This document shows positions 9,390 through 19,218 of a stretch of 64,000 nucleotides of DNA, in pieces. The notes under the pieces were generated by a model. That model did no database searches and had not been told where the DNA came from. It saw only the letters and a program-made list of their open reading frames with translations. Made by a program: the position numbers and the translations under genes. The stretch is from positions 62,001 to 126,000 of the IMG/VR virus record IMGVR_UViG_3300045999_010033; one strand, given 5' to 3'. The number at the start of each line of letters is the position of its first letter. Positions within the stretch are counted from its first letter, which is position 1.

Positions 9390-9641
9390 TTAATCCTCTC
9401 CGTATAGTGAAAATCTTTTTACCGGTTTTTCAACTTCTTGCTCCATTACAACTTCAACTGTTCCTTTACGAGCATCCATATAAAAACGTGTTTCACCAGT
9501 TTGTTGATAGTGTCCTTCCAATGCATCTGTTAATGTTGGATAAACGGAAGAAGATTGGGCAGCATTTACTGCTACCCAACGGTCACCCGGCGGAACTCTT
9601 TTAAGGACAACTCGTTTTTCTTCTTTGATTTCTTTTTCCAT
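9390..9641 (-). CDS. hypothetical protein
   Basis: ORF track; packed in operon. Confidence 0.65.
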   Translation of the reverse strand: MEKEIKEEKRVVLKRVPPGDRWVAVNAAQSSSVYPTLTDALEGHYQQTGETRFYMDARKGTVEVVMEQEVEKPVKRFSLYGED

Positions 9642-9642
9642 A

Positions 9643-9849
9643 TCAGATTACTTCAAGTATTTTAGTGTCCGTTACTTTGGTTACTTCAAACTCATTTCTC
9701 ACACCCTCATCTCTGAACTTCTTTACAAGCTTTGCTTCTGCTTCCGTACAAGACATTGCATCAACGAGGTAAAGTTCTTTTACTTTTTTAATCTTTCCTT
9801 TTGCATCTTCGGTTTCCATTGCTACCGTAACTTGATAAAATTTTGTCAT
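9643..9849 (-). CDS. DUF4494-like protein (short)
   Basis: KKVKELYLVDAMSCTEAEAK resembles the Bacteroidota DUF4494 signature. Confidence 0.7.
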   Translation of the reverse strand: MTKFYQVTVAMETEDAKGKIKKVKELYLVDAMSCTEAEAKLVKKFRDEGVRNEFEVTKVTDTKILEVI

Positions 9850-9869
9850 AACTTTTAATTTTGTTTACA

Positions 9870-9900
9870 CAATATACGAAATTTATTTAAGTAATCCAAT
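9870..9900 (-). promoter_or_regulatory. Bacteroidota sigma-type promoter
   Basis: ATTG-N20-TATATTG. Confidence 0.6.
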
Positions 9901-10425
9901 TATTTTTTTAATGGAATCCGCATCAACCTTTACTGTATGATATGGTATTGAGTTAGCCTGCAGCATTGTTAGTATCTCTTTATCAATACGCAAAGAATCT
10001 TCCATACTTTGAAACCTTCCATTTGGGTCATAAAATTCAGCATTACGTTCTAAGTATATGTTTATAGAATCATAATGCATATGAAGGTCTACAATAAATT
10101 CATCAAACTTGTTGGAGTAAAATATGGCAGGATATTCAGGCACCGCATCATATCTTCCTTTATAAATGAGTCCAAATAGTATTGGAGAGTCTACAATTAC
10201 ATAATCAACTTGTCCGTAAAGTCTTGCTATGTTTCGATGTTGATTTGCGGTAATATATAATTGGTCTTTGATTGCATGAGTATTGTGTTCCCATGCTACA
10301 AGCTTTGGATATTCGTATGGCATTTCAACGTTATATCCCAATCGTTTCATTTCATAAAAAAGACCAGCCGCTTGGGTTGATTTTCCTGCACCTGGTCCTG
10401 AAAATAGATTTATTATCTTTGTCAT
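9883..10425 (-). CDS. P-loop kinase/ATPase (AAA_28/NadR-like)
   Basis: INLFSGPGAGKST Walker A; VIVDSP Walker B; GRFQ lid. Confidence 0.75.
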   Translation of the reverse strand: MTKIINLFSGPGAGKSTQAAGLFYEMKRLGYNVEMPYEYPKLVAWEHNTHAIKDQLYITANQHRNIARLYGQVDYVIVDSPILFGLIYKGRYDAVPEYPAIFYSNKFDEFIVDLHMHYDSINIYLERNAEFYDPNGRFQSMEDSLRIDKEILTMLQANSIPYHTVKVDADSIKKIIGLLK

Positions 10426-10430
10426 AAAAT

Positions 10431-10462
10431 AAAAAAAGGGAGAGAGTGTTTAACTCCCTCCC
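10431..10462 (-). terminator. intrinsic terminator after the large TonB-dependent receptor
   Basis: GGGAGGGAGT-TAAAC-ACTCTCTCCC stem-loop followed by a T7 run. Confidence 0.85.
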
Positions 10463-10473
10463 ATTTTATTAGG

Positions 10474-13400
10474 TTATTTACCAAAAATGTATCGTACACC
10501 CAATTGTGCTGTCCACACATCAAATACGGATGAGTTTCTTTGATAAGTATCACGTGCGAGAATTGTTGAACCATCAGGGTTTCTTTGAGTAGAAAGCCTA
10601 TATGTTGGTTCTCCAGCTGCGTTATAACTTACAAAGTTCAATAGAGCCGGTGCGGTTGCTCTTTGAGAAACACCCCATTTATCATTCATTAGATTTCCTG
10701 CGTTAAGAATATCAAACCTAACTTGGAATGTATTCTTTTGGTCTTTTACTTTTACATAAAAGTCCTGCATCACAGAGAAATCGAACCTATGAAGGAATGG
10801 AAGTACAAATCCGTTTCTTTCAGCGTATTGTCCACGACGACCACTAAGATATGGGTCTTGCAAAATGAATGCATCAAATGCTGTCTGTTGTTCTACTTCG
10901 GTGTAAGTCTTACTACCAACGGTGAGTGGTGCGAACTTAACTTCTGCTGCTGCTTTTGGTACATATACCAATTCATTATCACGAACCCTGTCACCATTAA
11001 GGTCACCGGCTACAAAGTAAGAGAATGGATTAGATTTTGCACCTACATAACCCAATGTTACGGTCGTTGCTCCACCAAACTTTCCACCATACTCTTTACG
11101 ATATCCGATAAGACCTACGATTCTATGTGGAAGGTTATTATCTGAAAGAGATAGTCCGAGGTTGTTATTACCATTTACGGAACGAGCACTTTGCCAGCTA
11201 CCACTTGCGATAGAACCTGCACTCATGTAATCTCTTGCTTCAGAAAGAGTATATGCTACTGAACCCCAAAGACCTTTAGCGTAAGGCTTTTCCAACTTAA
11301 CAATCATTGCTTTATGGTAAGGGCCATCCTTTGATGTCAATACCGCTGCCATTGATACGTTATCGTTGATACGAGTACCAGGGTCATTGTTGGCAAACTT
11401 TGCTCTATTATCAGAGCCACTCAAAGTTCCAACGGGTGATTCCAAATTAGCGTTGTAGTAATGAACTGCGTTAAGTGATTTATTATAAAATACTTCTGCA
11501 GATGCTACGAGTCCGAACCAAGGCAATTTTTGATCAACTGCCAAGTTACTACGCCATACTTGCGGAAACTTATAGTTCGGGTCGGTGAATGCCAAGTCAA
11601 ATGTAGTAGGAAGCGTTGGTGTTATCGGAGTGAAATACTGCGCCGGGTTGGCGGTGAATCCATAACCTGCAGCTGCTGCTCCACTTACATCAATAAATCC
11701 AGTGAGTACACCATTGTTTCCAACCTGATTAGAGATGAATACATACGGAGGGCGACCGGTGAAGATACCAGTACCACCACGAACTTGTGTGGCTTTCTTT
11801 CCTTCAACATCCCAGTTGAAACCGAACCGAGGCTCCCATAGGATTTGAGTTTCAGGCATTACCCCGGTATTGAATTTTTCACCATTAGCGAATGCCATAG
11901 CAGATACTGCTTTGTTTTCAAGTGCCGTATTTCCGATACCGATAACTGCTGCACGAAGACCAAAAGTTAATTTAAGATCTTTGCGGATATCCCACGCATC
12001 TTGTCCATATACATCAAATCGTGTGGTTTCCAAAACTTGCATTGGTTCTGCTCCACCCGATAGAGCGGAATATCTCATTTGAAAACGAGCAGGTGCAAGT
12101 GTTGAAGGTTTGCCACCATTTGCCAACGATTGATTTGCTGCGTTGTAAAAATCTGCCAAGCTATTAAAGATGTAAACACCATTAGAAGCGGGATAGAATA
12201 GATTATTAGATTTATATGCTTCGAAATTTACACCACCAGTAAAGGTATGTTTGTCAGCATATTTCGTAAGGTTGTTCGTAATGTGGAATGTACCATAGTT
12301 CAATTTGTTACCCGGAGTGAATGGGTCGAATCCTACGGAAGTGTAGGTTGCTGAACCTTCACGAATATCGATTGTGGGGAACATTTGAGAAAGATATGCA
12401 CGGTCTTCAATTTGCCTATCATATCCTACGATGAAATTGTTATGGAGTGTATTTGTGAACTTTGAGTTAAGTTCAACCACTGCTGAACGAGTGTTATCCA
12501 TAATAATATAACCACTATTCTTAAACGACATTGCGTTGAATTGTGTGGTTCGGTTTCCTGCACCAGCTGATTGAGAGTTTGAAATGTTAATCTCTGCTGA
12601 TGAATTATGATGTACATAACGTGCAGTCAATTTGTGTTTTGGATTAATATTCCAGTCAACCCTTACAAGAAACTTATTAGATTCGTTTGTATTAGAGTAA
12701 CCTTCCCAGGCGCCGGTTTCGTAATTGAATTTAGATTTCATAAATTCCGAAAGGGTCTTCATATCGGAATACTTAACACGACTTACTTGCGAACCTGTGA
12801 GTGGTGATCCTTCGGAAATCCAAGTGGTGCCGGGTTCGGTTCTTTCAAGTGTTTCATAGTTACCAAAGATAAAAAGTTTGTTCTTAATGATTGGTGCTCC
12901 CATACGGAATCCCCAAACCTTTTCATCAAACTTTGCCGCCGTTACAGGTACTCCATATGCACTATTTCCAACAAATTTGGAAGAGTTGTCACGGGTGAAT
13001 CCATATACCGAACCTTCGATATTGTTAGTACCACTACGCGTTACTGCGTTAATACCTGCACCAGTGAATCCGCTTTGACGAACATCATAGGGTGCTACGT
13101 TTACTTGCAATTGCTCAATGGCATCCAATGAAATTGCAGATGCTCCAGTTCTACCACCCGCTTGTGCAGATGAACCCAAACCGAAGTTATTATTGAATTG
13201 TGAACCATCAATCGTAAAGTTATTCATACGAGAGTCTTGCGCTCCGAATGATGCTCCATTACCAAATGGTGTGTATTTTGTTACACCATCAATAGTCCTT
13301 GCACCCGTAATGGGTACGCTTTGCAATTCTCTCCTTCCAAATTGTTGGGAGGCACCGGTTCTATCTTTTGAAAAGATTGGATTTCTTGTTCCCGTCACAA

Positions 13401-13749
13401 CGATTTCATTGAGTGAAGATGCGACATCAATGAGAACAAAATCAACGTTTGTGGTAAGACCCAATTGTGTGTTTACATCCTTAATCTCACCTTTGTTAAA
13501 TCCAACAAATGAAGCATGAATTGTGTATGGTCCTCCGACTCTTGCAGCGGGAATTACATACACACCGGATTTGTTAGTGTTAGTAAAGTATTCAGTACCG
13601 GTAGGTGTGTGTGTTACATGGACACTTGCACCACTTAATACTTCACCTTTTGAGTTTTTTACAACACCGGAAATCGTTGATGTTGTAATTTGGCTAAAAC
13701 CCAACAAACTTGCTGCTACTAAAAGTAGCGTCATCATTGTTTTTTTCAT
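10474..13749 (-). CDS. Oar-like TonB-dependent receptor with N-terminal carboxypeptidase-regulatory-like domain
   Basis: Signal peptide; ISGVV...GGPYTI domain; NNFTIDG, GFTGAGINAVTRSGTN plug; PRFGFNWDV, RGGTGIFTGRPP, GDLNGD; ends QLGVRYIF. Confidence 0.92.
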   Translation of the reverse strand: MKKTMMTLLLVAASLLGFSQITTSTISGVVKNSKGEVLSGASVHVTHTPTGTEYFTNTNKSGVYVIPAARVGGPYTIHASFVGFNKGEIKDVNTQLGLTTNVDFVLIDVASSLNEIVVTGTRNPIFSKDRTGASQQFGRRELQSVPITGARTIDGVTKYTPFGNGASFGAQDSRMNNFTIDGSQFNNNFGLGSSAQAGGRTGASAISLDAIEQLQVNVAPYDVRQSGFTGAGINAVTRSGTNNIEGSVYGFTRDNSSKFVGNSAYGVPVTAAKFDEKVWGFRMGAPIIKNKLFIFGNYETLERTEPGTTWISEGSPLTGSQVSRVKYSDMKTLSEFMKSKFNYETGAWEGYSNTNESNKFLVRVDWNINPKHKLTARYVHHNSSAEINISNSQSAGAGNRTTQFNAMSFKNSGYIIMDNTRSAVVELNSKFTNTLHNNFIVGYDRQIEDRAYLSQMFPTIDIREGSATYTSVGFDPFTPGNKLNYGTFHITNNLTKYADKHTFTGGVNFEAYKSNNLFYPASNGVYIFNSLADFYNAANQSLANGGKPSTLAPARFQMRYSALSGGAEPMQVLETTRFDVYGQDAWDIRKDLKLTFGLRAAVIGIGNTALENKAVSAMAFANGEKFNTGVMPETQILWEPRFGFNWDVEGKKATQVRGGTGIFTGRPPYVFISNQVGNNGVLTGFIDVSGAAAAGYGFTANPAQYFTPITPTLPTTFDLAFTDPNYKFPQVWRSNLAVDQKLPWFGLVASAEVFYNKSLNAVHYYNANLESPVGTLSGSDNRAKFANNDPGTRINDNVSMAAVLTSKDGPYHKAMIVKLEKPYAKGLWGSVAYTLSEARDYMSAGSIASGSWQSARSVNGNNNLGLSLSDNNLPHRIVGLIGYRKEYGGKFGGATTVTLGYVGAKSNPFSYFVAGDLNGDRVRDNELVYVPKAAAEVKFAPLTVGSKTYTEVEQQTAFDAFILQDPYLSGRRGQYAERNGFVLPFLHRFDFSVMQDFYVKVKDQKNTFQVRFDILNAGNLMNDKWGVSQRATAPALLNFVSYNAAGEPTYRLSTQRNPDGSTILARDTYQRNSSVFDVWTAQLGVRYIFGK

Positions 13750-13798
13750 ACATTTTGTTTAGTTAAAAAATATGCATCTTTTTCTTTTTGATGCTATC

Positions 13799-13830
13799 TA
13801 AAGATAAGGAAAGTTTTTAACATTCCCAAT
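13799..13830 (-). promoter_or_regulatory. Bacteroidota sigma-type promoter for the Oar-like receptor
   Basis: ATTG-N20-TATCTTTA. Confidence 0.55.
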
Positions 13831-14370
13831 TTATAGTTCTTCATTGGATTTGGGCTCATAGTGCTTTTCGTTACGATTGCCTACTAATAGGAAAAAGCAA
13901 TTGAAGCATAGAGGTCTAATGTTGTCTAATATACGATTATTTAAATCACCATCCAAAAAATCTAATAACAATGGATATTTACCATCCGTTATTCGCGCTT
14001 CACTAAACCCGCAACAGCTGCAGACACGTGGTATGTATCCGCTATCAAACATTTTATTTTTGAATCGGTGTAGAGGATACTTTGGATGTTTTCCGTTAAT
14101 GAGGTCTTCAATGTGATATGAGCGATTCCGAATGTGTTTTTTTCTATCAATACCTATCCCTGCGGGGTTTTTTAGACGCTCCATGATTCCATACATTTTA
14201 GCATACTTTTTGTATGTATTGTATGATATTCCGAGTGTACGAGCTGCTTCTGCTGCCGATTTTGATTTTTCTTGGGCAGCGAGTATTTGTGATTCTAAAA
14301 TGGGCCTTGCGCCTAATCCCGGCTTTGTAATTCTAGTAATAACCGGCTTGTCTTGATTGGAATCCTCCAT
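13831..14370 (-). CDS. HTH + Zn-binding degenerate HNH-like protein
   Basis: SAAEAARTLGISYNTYKKY HTH; CSCCG ... LDFLDGDLNN...NIRPLCFNC with catalytic His replaced. Confidence 0.7.
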   Translation of the reverse strand: MEDSNQDKPVITRITKPGLGARPILESQILAAQEKSKSAAEAARTLGISYNTYKKYAKMYGIMERLKNPAGIGIDRKKHIRNRSYHIEDLINGKHPKYPLHRFKNKMFDSGYIPRVCSCCGFSEARITDGKYPLLLDFLDGDLNNRILDNIRPLCFNCFFLLVGNRNEKHYEPKSNEEL

Positions 14371-14377
14371 AGACGTG

Positions 14378-14794
14378 TTAAATAAGTAACCTTAATAATT
14401 TTTTAAATGTTGTATCCAAATCGGTAGTTGTATCTAAATCGGCGAAGTTTTCAATGGGGGGTTCGTATTCAGTATTAATCCCTCTACCCTGCCTTGCCTT
14501 TGTATGACAATAAACCTCAAGCATTTTACTTTCCGATTTAAATCGTTCACGCTCATCTCGTTTTGGAGATTGTATAGAAACAATTACATCATCACCTTTA
14601 TCGGATAAATATCTAGCTATGTAAAACGCTATATTTGCGTATGATTCTTCTGTAAACTTATCTTTTAAGTCCGATTCATCAATAACGTGAACCGACTTTC
14701 TCCAATTGCGTTTTTCCGCAGATAACCAAATTTTAAGTTTTTGAGCAATTGCAGTTTTGCCACTACCGCTCTGTCCAGTGAACCAGTATATCAT
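14378..14794 (-). CDS. adenylyl-sulfate kinase (CysC)-like protein, divergent
   Basis: IYWFTGQSGSGKT, EVYC, EYEPP; LDGD replaced by IDES. Confidence 0.65.
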   Translation of the reverse strand: MIYWFTGQSGSGKTAIAQKLKIWLSAEKRNWRKSVHVIDESDLKDKFTEESYANIAFYIARYLSDKGDDVIVSIQSPKRDERERFKSESKMLEVYCHTKARQGRGINTEYEPPIENFADLDTTTDLDTTFKKLLRLLI

Positions 14795-14810
14795 AACCTT
14801 TTAGTCTATT

Positions 14811-15047
14811 TTAAGAAAGTACATAAACAGAGCCCGCGGTAACGGATACACTAGTCATATAGCATGGAAAGGGTACACCTGGCGTAATATCTGCTATTTG
14901 AATAGTACCACCACCTTCTAAGTTTATGGAGCCAGATGCGACGGATGCTCGCATTACTCCCCACGCAGATATAGATCCGGATAAATTATAACTACCAGAT
15001 TGACCGGATGTGAGTGTTGTACTTTTATATGCTCTGTAATTTATCAT
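14811..15047 (-). CDS. small beta-rich hypothetical protein, possibly structural
   Basis: Gly/Ser/Thr-rich with alternating hydrophobic pattern. Confidence 0.55.
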   Translation of the reverse strand: MINYRAYKSTTLTSGQSGSYNLSGSISAWGVMRASVASGSINLEGGGTIQIADITPGVPFPCYMTSVSVTAGSVYVLS

Positions 15048-15075
15048 TTTACTATCTTTTATTATATATATAGTA

Positions 15076-15789
15076 TTATTTATTTTTTGGAATCAATGTT
15101 TTCAAAGATTTTATACTTTCGTTTCGATTAAATGTAGCGGGTGTTTTTGGAACTTCATGATTTACATGCTGAACTCTTAATTTGATATTTGGATATTTTT
15201 TCTTTAATGCATTTACTGCTTGTACATTTTTGTGAGAATCATCTATAAAAAATACATCGTTATATCCCGTCCGTATTTTATCTTCAATCCAGTCAGCTTT
15301 CTTTTGCGGATCACCGTCACCCAATGCTACGACATATATTCCTGGCAATCCAATTCCGGCTAAATAATCCTTTACGGGTTTATATGCACTTCTAGCGGTT
15401 AGGATAACTATCTTTCTTTCACCTTCAGATTTAGCAAAACGCCTTAGTAGTTTTGTTACACCTTTTATTTCTTGTGGTTCTATTACTTTACTAAATTCAG
15501 AGAAGTCAAATTTATCTCCCGGCTTTGGTTCGTATATTGCGTATTCCGCCGGAGTCAATGTTTTAATATCACCATCTTTGCTTTGCAAATATATCTTTGA
15601 ATTGGATTTGACAAGAGTATCGTCAAAGTCAAAGATCCTAAGCTTTTTACCAGATATATCTTCCCCTATTGGCGAGAATGCTCTATGAGAAAATCCGGTA
15701 TAAACTTTCCCAATTTCAATTTCCATACCATTCCACATTGCTTTGGTTGGTTTTGAAAATGATTCTTTAAGTAACGACCTTAAATTCAT
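15076..15789 (-). CDS. HAD-superfamily phosphatase
   Basis: IFDFDDTL (I), ILTAR (II), K (III), FIDDS (IV). Confidence 0.8.
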   Translation of the reverse strand: MNLRSLLKESFSKPTKAMWNGMEIEIGKVYTGFSHRAFSPIGEDISGKKLRIFDFDDTLVKSNSKIYLQSKDGDIKTLTPAEYAIYEPKPGDKFDFSEFSKVIEPQEIKGVTKLLRRFAKSEGERKIVILTARSAYKPVKDYLAGIGLPGIYVVALGDGDPQKKADWIEDKIRTGYNDVFFIDDSHKNVQAVNALKKKYPNIKLRVQHVNHEVPKTPATFNRNESIKSLKTLIPKNK

Positions 15790-15790
15790 T

Positions 15791-16090
15791 TTAACCGTTT
15801 AATTGTATTCTTTTTTCAAGTGTTTCACGCTCTTTAGTAAGAAATTCAACTTTAACCCTAAGTTCGGATACTTGTGCGGTAAGCTCTAATATGGTTTTTC
15901 TCATTTCATCTTTTTCGTGAGAACTCTCAAGCAGTAACTTTTCCAATTTGGCAATTCTGTCTCTGCAATCGTCTCTCATAAAATTTTCGTCATTACGTTT
16001 GGCTTCTAATTTTTTTTCATAAAATCTCCAAGCGCTCGCTGATCCTAATACGGTTACTGCTGTAATTAATACGGTATATACTGAATCCAT
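15791..16090 (-). CDS. single-TM coiled-coil protein (holin/anti-holin-like architecture)
   Basis: N-terminal hydrophobic helix followed by heptad-rich region. Confidence 0.55.
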   Translation of the reverse strand: MDSVYTVLITAVTVLGSASAWRFYEKKLEAKRNDENFMRDDCRDRIAKLEKLLLESSHEKDEMRKTILELTAQVSELRVKVEFLTKERETLEKRIQLNG

Positions 16091-16104
16091 CGTTTTTAAT
16101 AGGT

Positions 16105-16467
16105 TTAGTATTCGTGATAGTTAGTGTTGGCCTGTTCAATATTGTTTGATGCAACCGATATGTGATCTTGTATCCACGCCGGAACATTCTTTTCTGAATT
16201 TCCGAGCTTTTGTTTTAATTCTTGTGCGTTTTTTATAATATTATCGAGAGTGTTTTGGCCCATTGAAACTTCATGGTCTTCACCTTCGGCTTCATTTATT
16301 TTATATTTAAGAAGTTCGGTCATTTTATTAAATACCTGCTCTCCTTTGTTTTCTCCCAAACGATATGCGCCTCCAAGTTTTTCGTAAATTTTAATACGTT
16401 CTTGCATTCGCAATTTCCTTTCGGCAATTTTATTCCAAATTTTGGGATGGGTCAATTCAAACTTCAT
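16105..16467 (-). CDS. hypothetical protein
   Basis: ORF track; HEVSM ... PAWIQDHI segment; downstream of late-like motif. Confidence 0.65.
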   Translation of the reverse strand: MKFELTHPKIWNKIAERKLRMQERIKIYEKLGGAYRLGENKGEQVFNKMTELLKYKINEAEGEDHEVSMGQNTLDNIIKNAQELKQKLGNSEKNVPAWIQDHISVASNNIEQANTNYHEY

Positions 16468-16487
16468 AGATAAATATTTTTATACAA

Positions 16488-16498
16488 ATATAAATATC
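16488..16498 (-). promoter_or_regulatory. putative phage late-promoter motif
   Basis: GATATTTATAT; second copy AATATTTATCT at 16468-16478. Confidence 0.45.
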
Positions 16499-16526
16499 AA
16501 ACCCTATAAGATATTTCAATTTTTTG

Positions 16527-17399
16527 TTAAAATATTTCGTATTCAATTTCGGTATCTTTGAACCCCCAATTTTCATCGTTTTGAGATTCCGAAAACAATT
16601 CCACCCAATACCAAGCATCATTATACATAGGTGCTTTTGTTTCGGCTATTTCATGTAAATCTTCCACATTTCCTCCTTGTGGTAAGTGATTTTTATGAGA
16701 CATATGATACATTGGAATATCGTATATCGCTTTTAAGTTGTATCCATTAATAGCTACTTTTTTTTGAATATTCGTATCTACAAAGCAATTATATATCATA
16801 CCTTCTTCTGCTCCTTTGATACTTATCCATATTTTTTTAGAAGCTAATTGAAAATCTCCACAACAATTTATTATACTATAATTATCGTTTGGAGTTACTT
16901 TTGCAGAAAAATACCTTGCAGTTGTCACATTTCTTAAATATTCTCTATACTCTGATAAATTATCTATATTTTTAACCACCTCACTATATTCTATATCCCT
17001 TCTACTAAACGTATAAAATACATTTTCATCACTTCTTTTTATAAGTTCATCTAATTCCTTTTTTGTTGGAGGTATGTTATCAGTTGTTGTAACCGCAATC
17101 CAATCGGCATTCGTTCTTCTTAACGCTAAATTGATTGATAAGTTCGCAGATACATTAGGAACATTCGAATAATCATTGAATATAGTATTATGCACATTTG
17201 ATGATATAACAAAATGCTTTATTTTACCTTCGTGTGGTAACTCATCTATTACTTCATATAACAAACTGTGTGATGGTGAGTTCCAATCAATGTAATTAAC
17301 TTCATCAAATGTATCCAACAAAGCTTTCATATGAATTAAAAACCTTTCTTTTTCTTTATATCCATCGTTTCTACTAAATGTTATAACCGAAGTTTTCAT
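16527..17399 (-). CDS. GT-A fold glycosyltransferase-like protein
   Basis: SRND, IDWNS, INLALRR, TTTDN, GDFQL, YHMSH. Confidence 0.65.
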   Translation of the reverse strand: MKTSVITFSRNDGYKEKERFLIHMKALLDTFDEVNYIDWNSPSHSLLYEVIDELPHEGKIKHFVISSNVHNTIFNDYSNVPNVSANLSINLALRRTNADWIAVTTTDNIPPTKKELDELIKRSDENVFYTFSRRDIEYSEVVKNIDNLSEYREYLRNVTTARYFSAKVTPNDNYSIINCCGDFQLASKKIWISIKGAEEGMIYNCFVDTNIQKKVAINGYNLKAIYDIPMYHMSHKNHLPQGGNVEDLHEIAETKAPMYNDAWYWVELFSESQNDENWGFKDTEIEYEIF

Positions 17400-17411
17400 T
17401 TTAATTTTTTA

Positions 17412-18194
17412 TTATATTGTTGATACACCTGGCTTTTGAACCACTATTGTTGCACATTCTTGCGCGAATTTAATTGCACTTTCTATATTAGAAGATAAAA
17501 TATATTCACAAACTAATCCAGATACAAAGGTATCACCTGCACCCGAAACATCTTTTATCTGAACTTTTTCAACTGGGTATATTTTTCCTTTATGCTGACA
17601 CCCCTTACTTGATAGTGTTATGATTAATTTATCTTCAATATCTAATTCTTTCAAAGAATATTCGGTGTGCTCATACTCCACATGATTTATCTTAATGTAT
17701 GTAGCACTTTTACACCAAGATCCTAATATTTTTTTTGTGTCTATAAACACATTTATATTGTTTTCACATATGAACCTAATATCTTCTTCTTCTAAAAACC
17801 CTTTATCATAATCACTAATAATAATTGCATCTATTTTAGTATCATTATAGATGTTGTTATTTATTTTTTTTAATGTTGAAGAATTTATCGGTGTGGCTTT
17901 ATCGTTAAAATCTACTCTAAGTAATATTTGTCCCGACCTTTCATCAACATATCTTTTTTTAATTATTTTGTTATCATTTTTAATAAAGATAACACTTACA
18001 CCCAGCGCTTCTAAATTGGAAACAACATTTCCTGCCATTCCATCATTCGAAGTTGTGTTGGTTGGATTGAATACTGGAACCGGCGCTTCGGGTGCCAATC
18101 TGATTGCAGTTCCATATACAAATTCATCTACTCCATAATCTCCTATAACCAATATACTGAAATCTTTAAATTTTTCCTTTTTCAAATTTTTCAT
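17412..18194 (-). CDS. HldE/RfaE-type heptose-7-phosphate kinase (PfkB family)
   Basis: RLAPEAPVPV, SDYDKG, DVSGAGDTF. Confidence 0.88.
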   Translation of the reverse strand: MKNLKKEKFKDFSILVIGDYGVDEFVYGTAIRLAPEAPVPVFNPTNTTSNDGMAGNVVSNLEALGVSVIFIKNDNKIIKKRYVDERSGQILLRVDFNDKATPINSSTLKKINNNIYNDTKIDAIIISDYDKGFLEEEDIRFICENNINVFIDTKKILGSWCKSATYIKINHVEYEHTEYSLKELDIEDKLIITLSSKGCQHKGKIYPVEKVQIKDVSGAGDTFVSGLVCEYILSSNIESAIKFAQECATIVVQKPGVSTI

Positions 18195-18744
18195 TTATTA
18201 TTTCCTTTGTTTTTTTGAATCCTATTTCACAATTCGTTTTCCAATGAGAGTGGTCGCCACCATCTGAAACCCATTTATACGCACTAAATTTAACACCATA
18301 TCTTTTACATACTTTTGCAATTGCAAAACACTCCATATCAATTATGGAACACCGCTTTATCATTTCCAAATAATATGGTGAATATTTTATTTTCTGATTT
18401 TCATCGTAAAAATAATCGGTTGTAAAACAACTAATATTAGATTTTGAATCTAAAACTATTTGTTTAGATATTGATTCAAATGGAGTTTTACCATACTCAT
18501 CTAATGGGGTAGTATCTATATCTTGATAAACCAATCCAACTTTGACCACGTCTCCAATGGGCAAAGATAACGATCCACATGAACCGATGTTTATTATTTC
18601 ATCATACCCCAAACTAAATGCCATAGTCGCGGTCATAGCGGCGTTTATTTTACCAACACCACTAAACATTACCGGATATCCTAAAATATTTCCTTGAATA
18701 CCTACTTCATCGGGAACTGCTACTATAAAAACCTTTTTATTCAT
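18166..18744 (-). CDS. mtnN: MTA/SAH nucleosidase-like protein
   Basis: SGVGKINAA, INIGSCG, DMECFA, KWVSD. Confidence 0.75.
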   Translation of the reverse strand: MNKKVFIVAVPDEVGIQGNILGYPVMFSGVGKINAAMTATMAFSLGYDEIINIGSCGSLSLPIGDVVKVGLVYQDIDTTPLDEYGKTPFESISKQIVLDSKSNISCFTTDYFYDENQKIKYSPYYLEMIKRCSIIDMECFAIAKVCKRYGVKFSAYKWVSDGGDHSHWKTNCEIGFKKTKEIINEKFEKGKI

Positions 18745-19213
18745 ATTTAATTAAACTCTTAACATTTGTTGGTTTGTGTAAAAATGTTAAATCAATTAAC
18801 ACTAATTTATCTACCACTTCGTAACCCGCCTTTTTACATAGTATTTCAACCGCCTCCATAGTTCCACCTGTCGCATACACATCATCAACTATAACTACCT
18901 TCCCACTTCCTGGTTGCATTTCTAATATATCCTCACCATATTCCAAAGTGTATGTTTGTTGAATTACCGGTGGTGGTAGTTTTCCTTTTTTTCTACACAT
19001 AATCAAACCACCATTTTTAGTAGATAACGCCGAAGCGAATATAAATCCTCTAGCATCAATACCTACCCAATAATCGGGTTGATTAACTAAATTTCTCATT
19101 TCTTCAATTACCTTTGGAAATAAAGATGATTTTAAAAGTGGAGAAACATCTTTGAACGATATTCCAGTTTTTGGAAAATCGGGTACTTCATTTACAAGTT
19201 CTTTCCAATTCAT
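18737..19213 (-). CDS. apt: adenine phosphoribosyltransferase
   Basis: PDFPKTGISFKD, GIDARGF, RKKGKLP, LEYG, IVDDVYATGGT. Confidence 0.93.
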   Translation of the reverse strand: MNWKELVNEVPDFPKTGISFKDVSPLLKSSLFPKVIEEMRNLVNQPDYWVGIDARGFIFASALSTKNGGLIMCRKKGKLPPPVIQQTYTLEYGEDILEMQPGSGKVVIVDDVYATGGTMEAVEILCKKAGYEVVDKLVLIDLTFLHKPTNVKSLIKYE

Positions 19214-19218
19214 TTTTT

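Noticed and set aside
13831-14370. Mobile HNH homing endonuclease
   Set aside because: Catalytic His residues absent; more consistent with a domesticated DNA-binding protein
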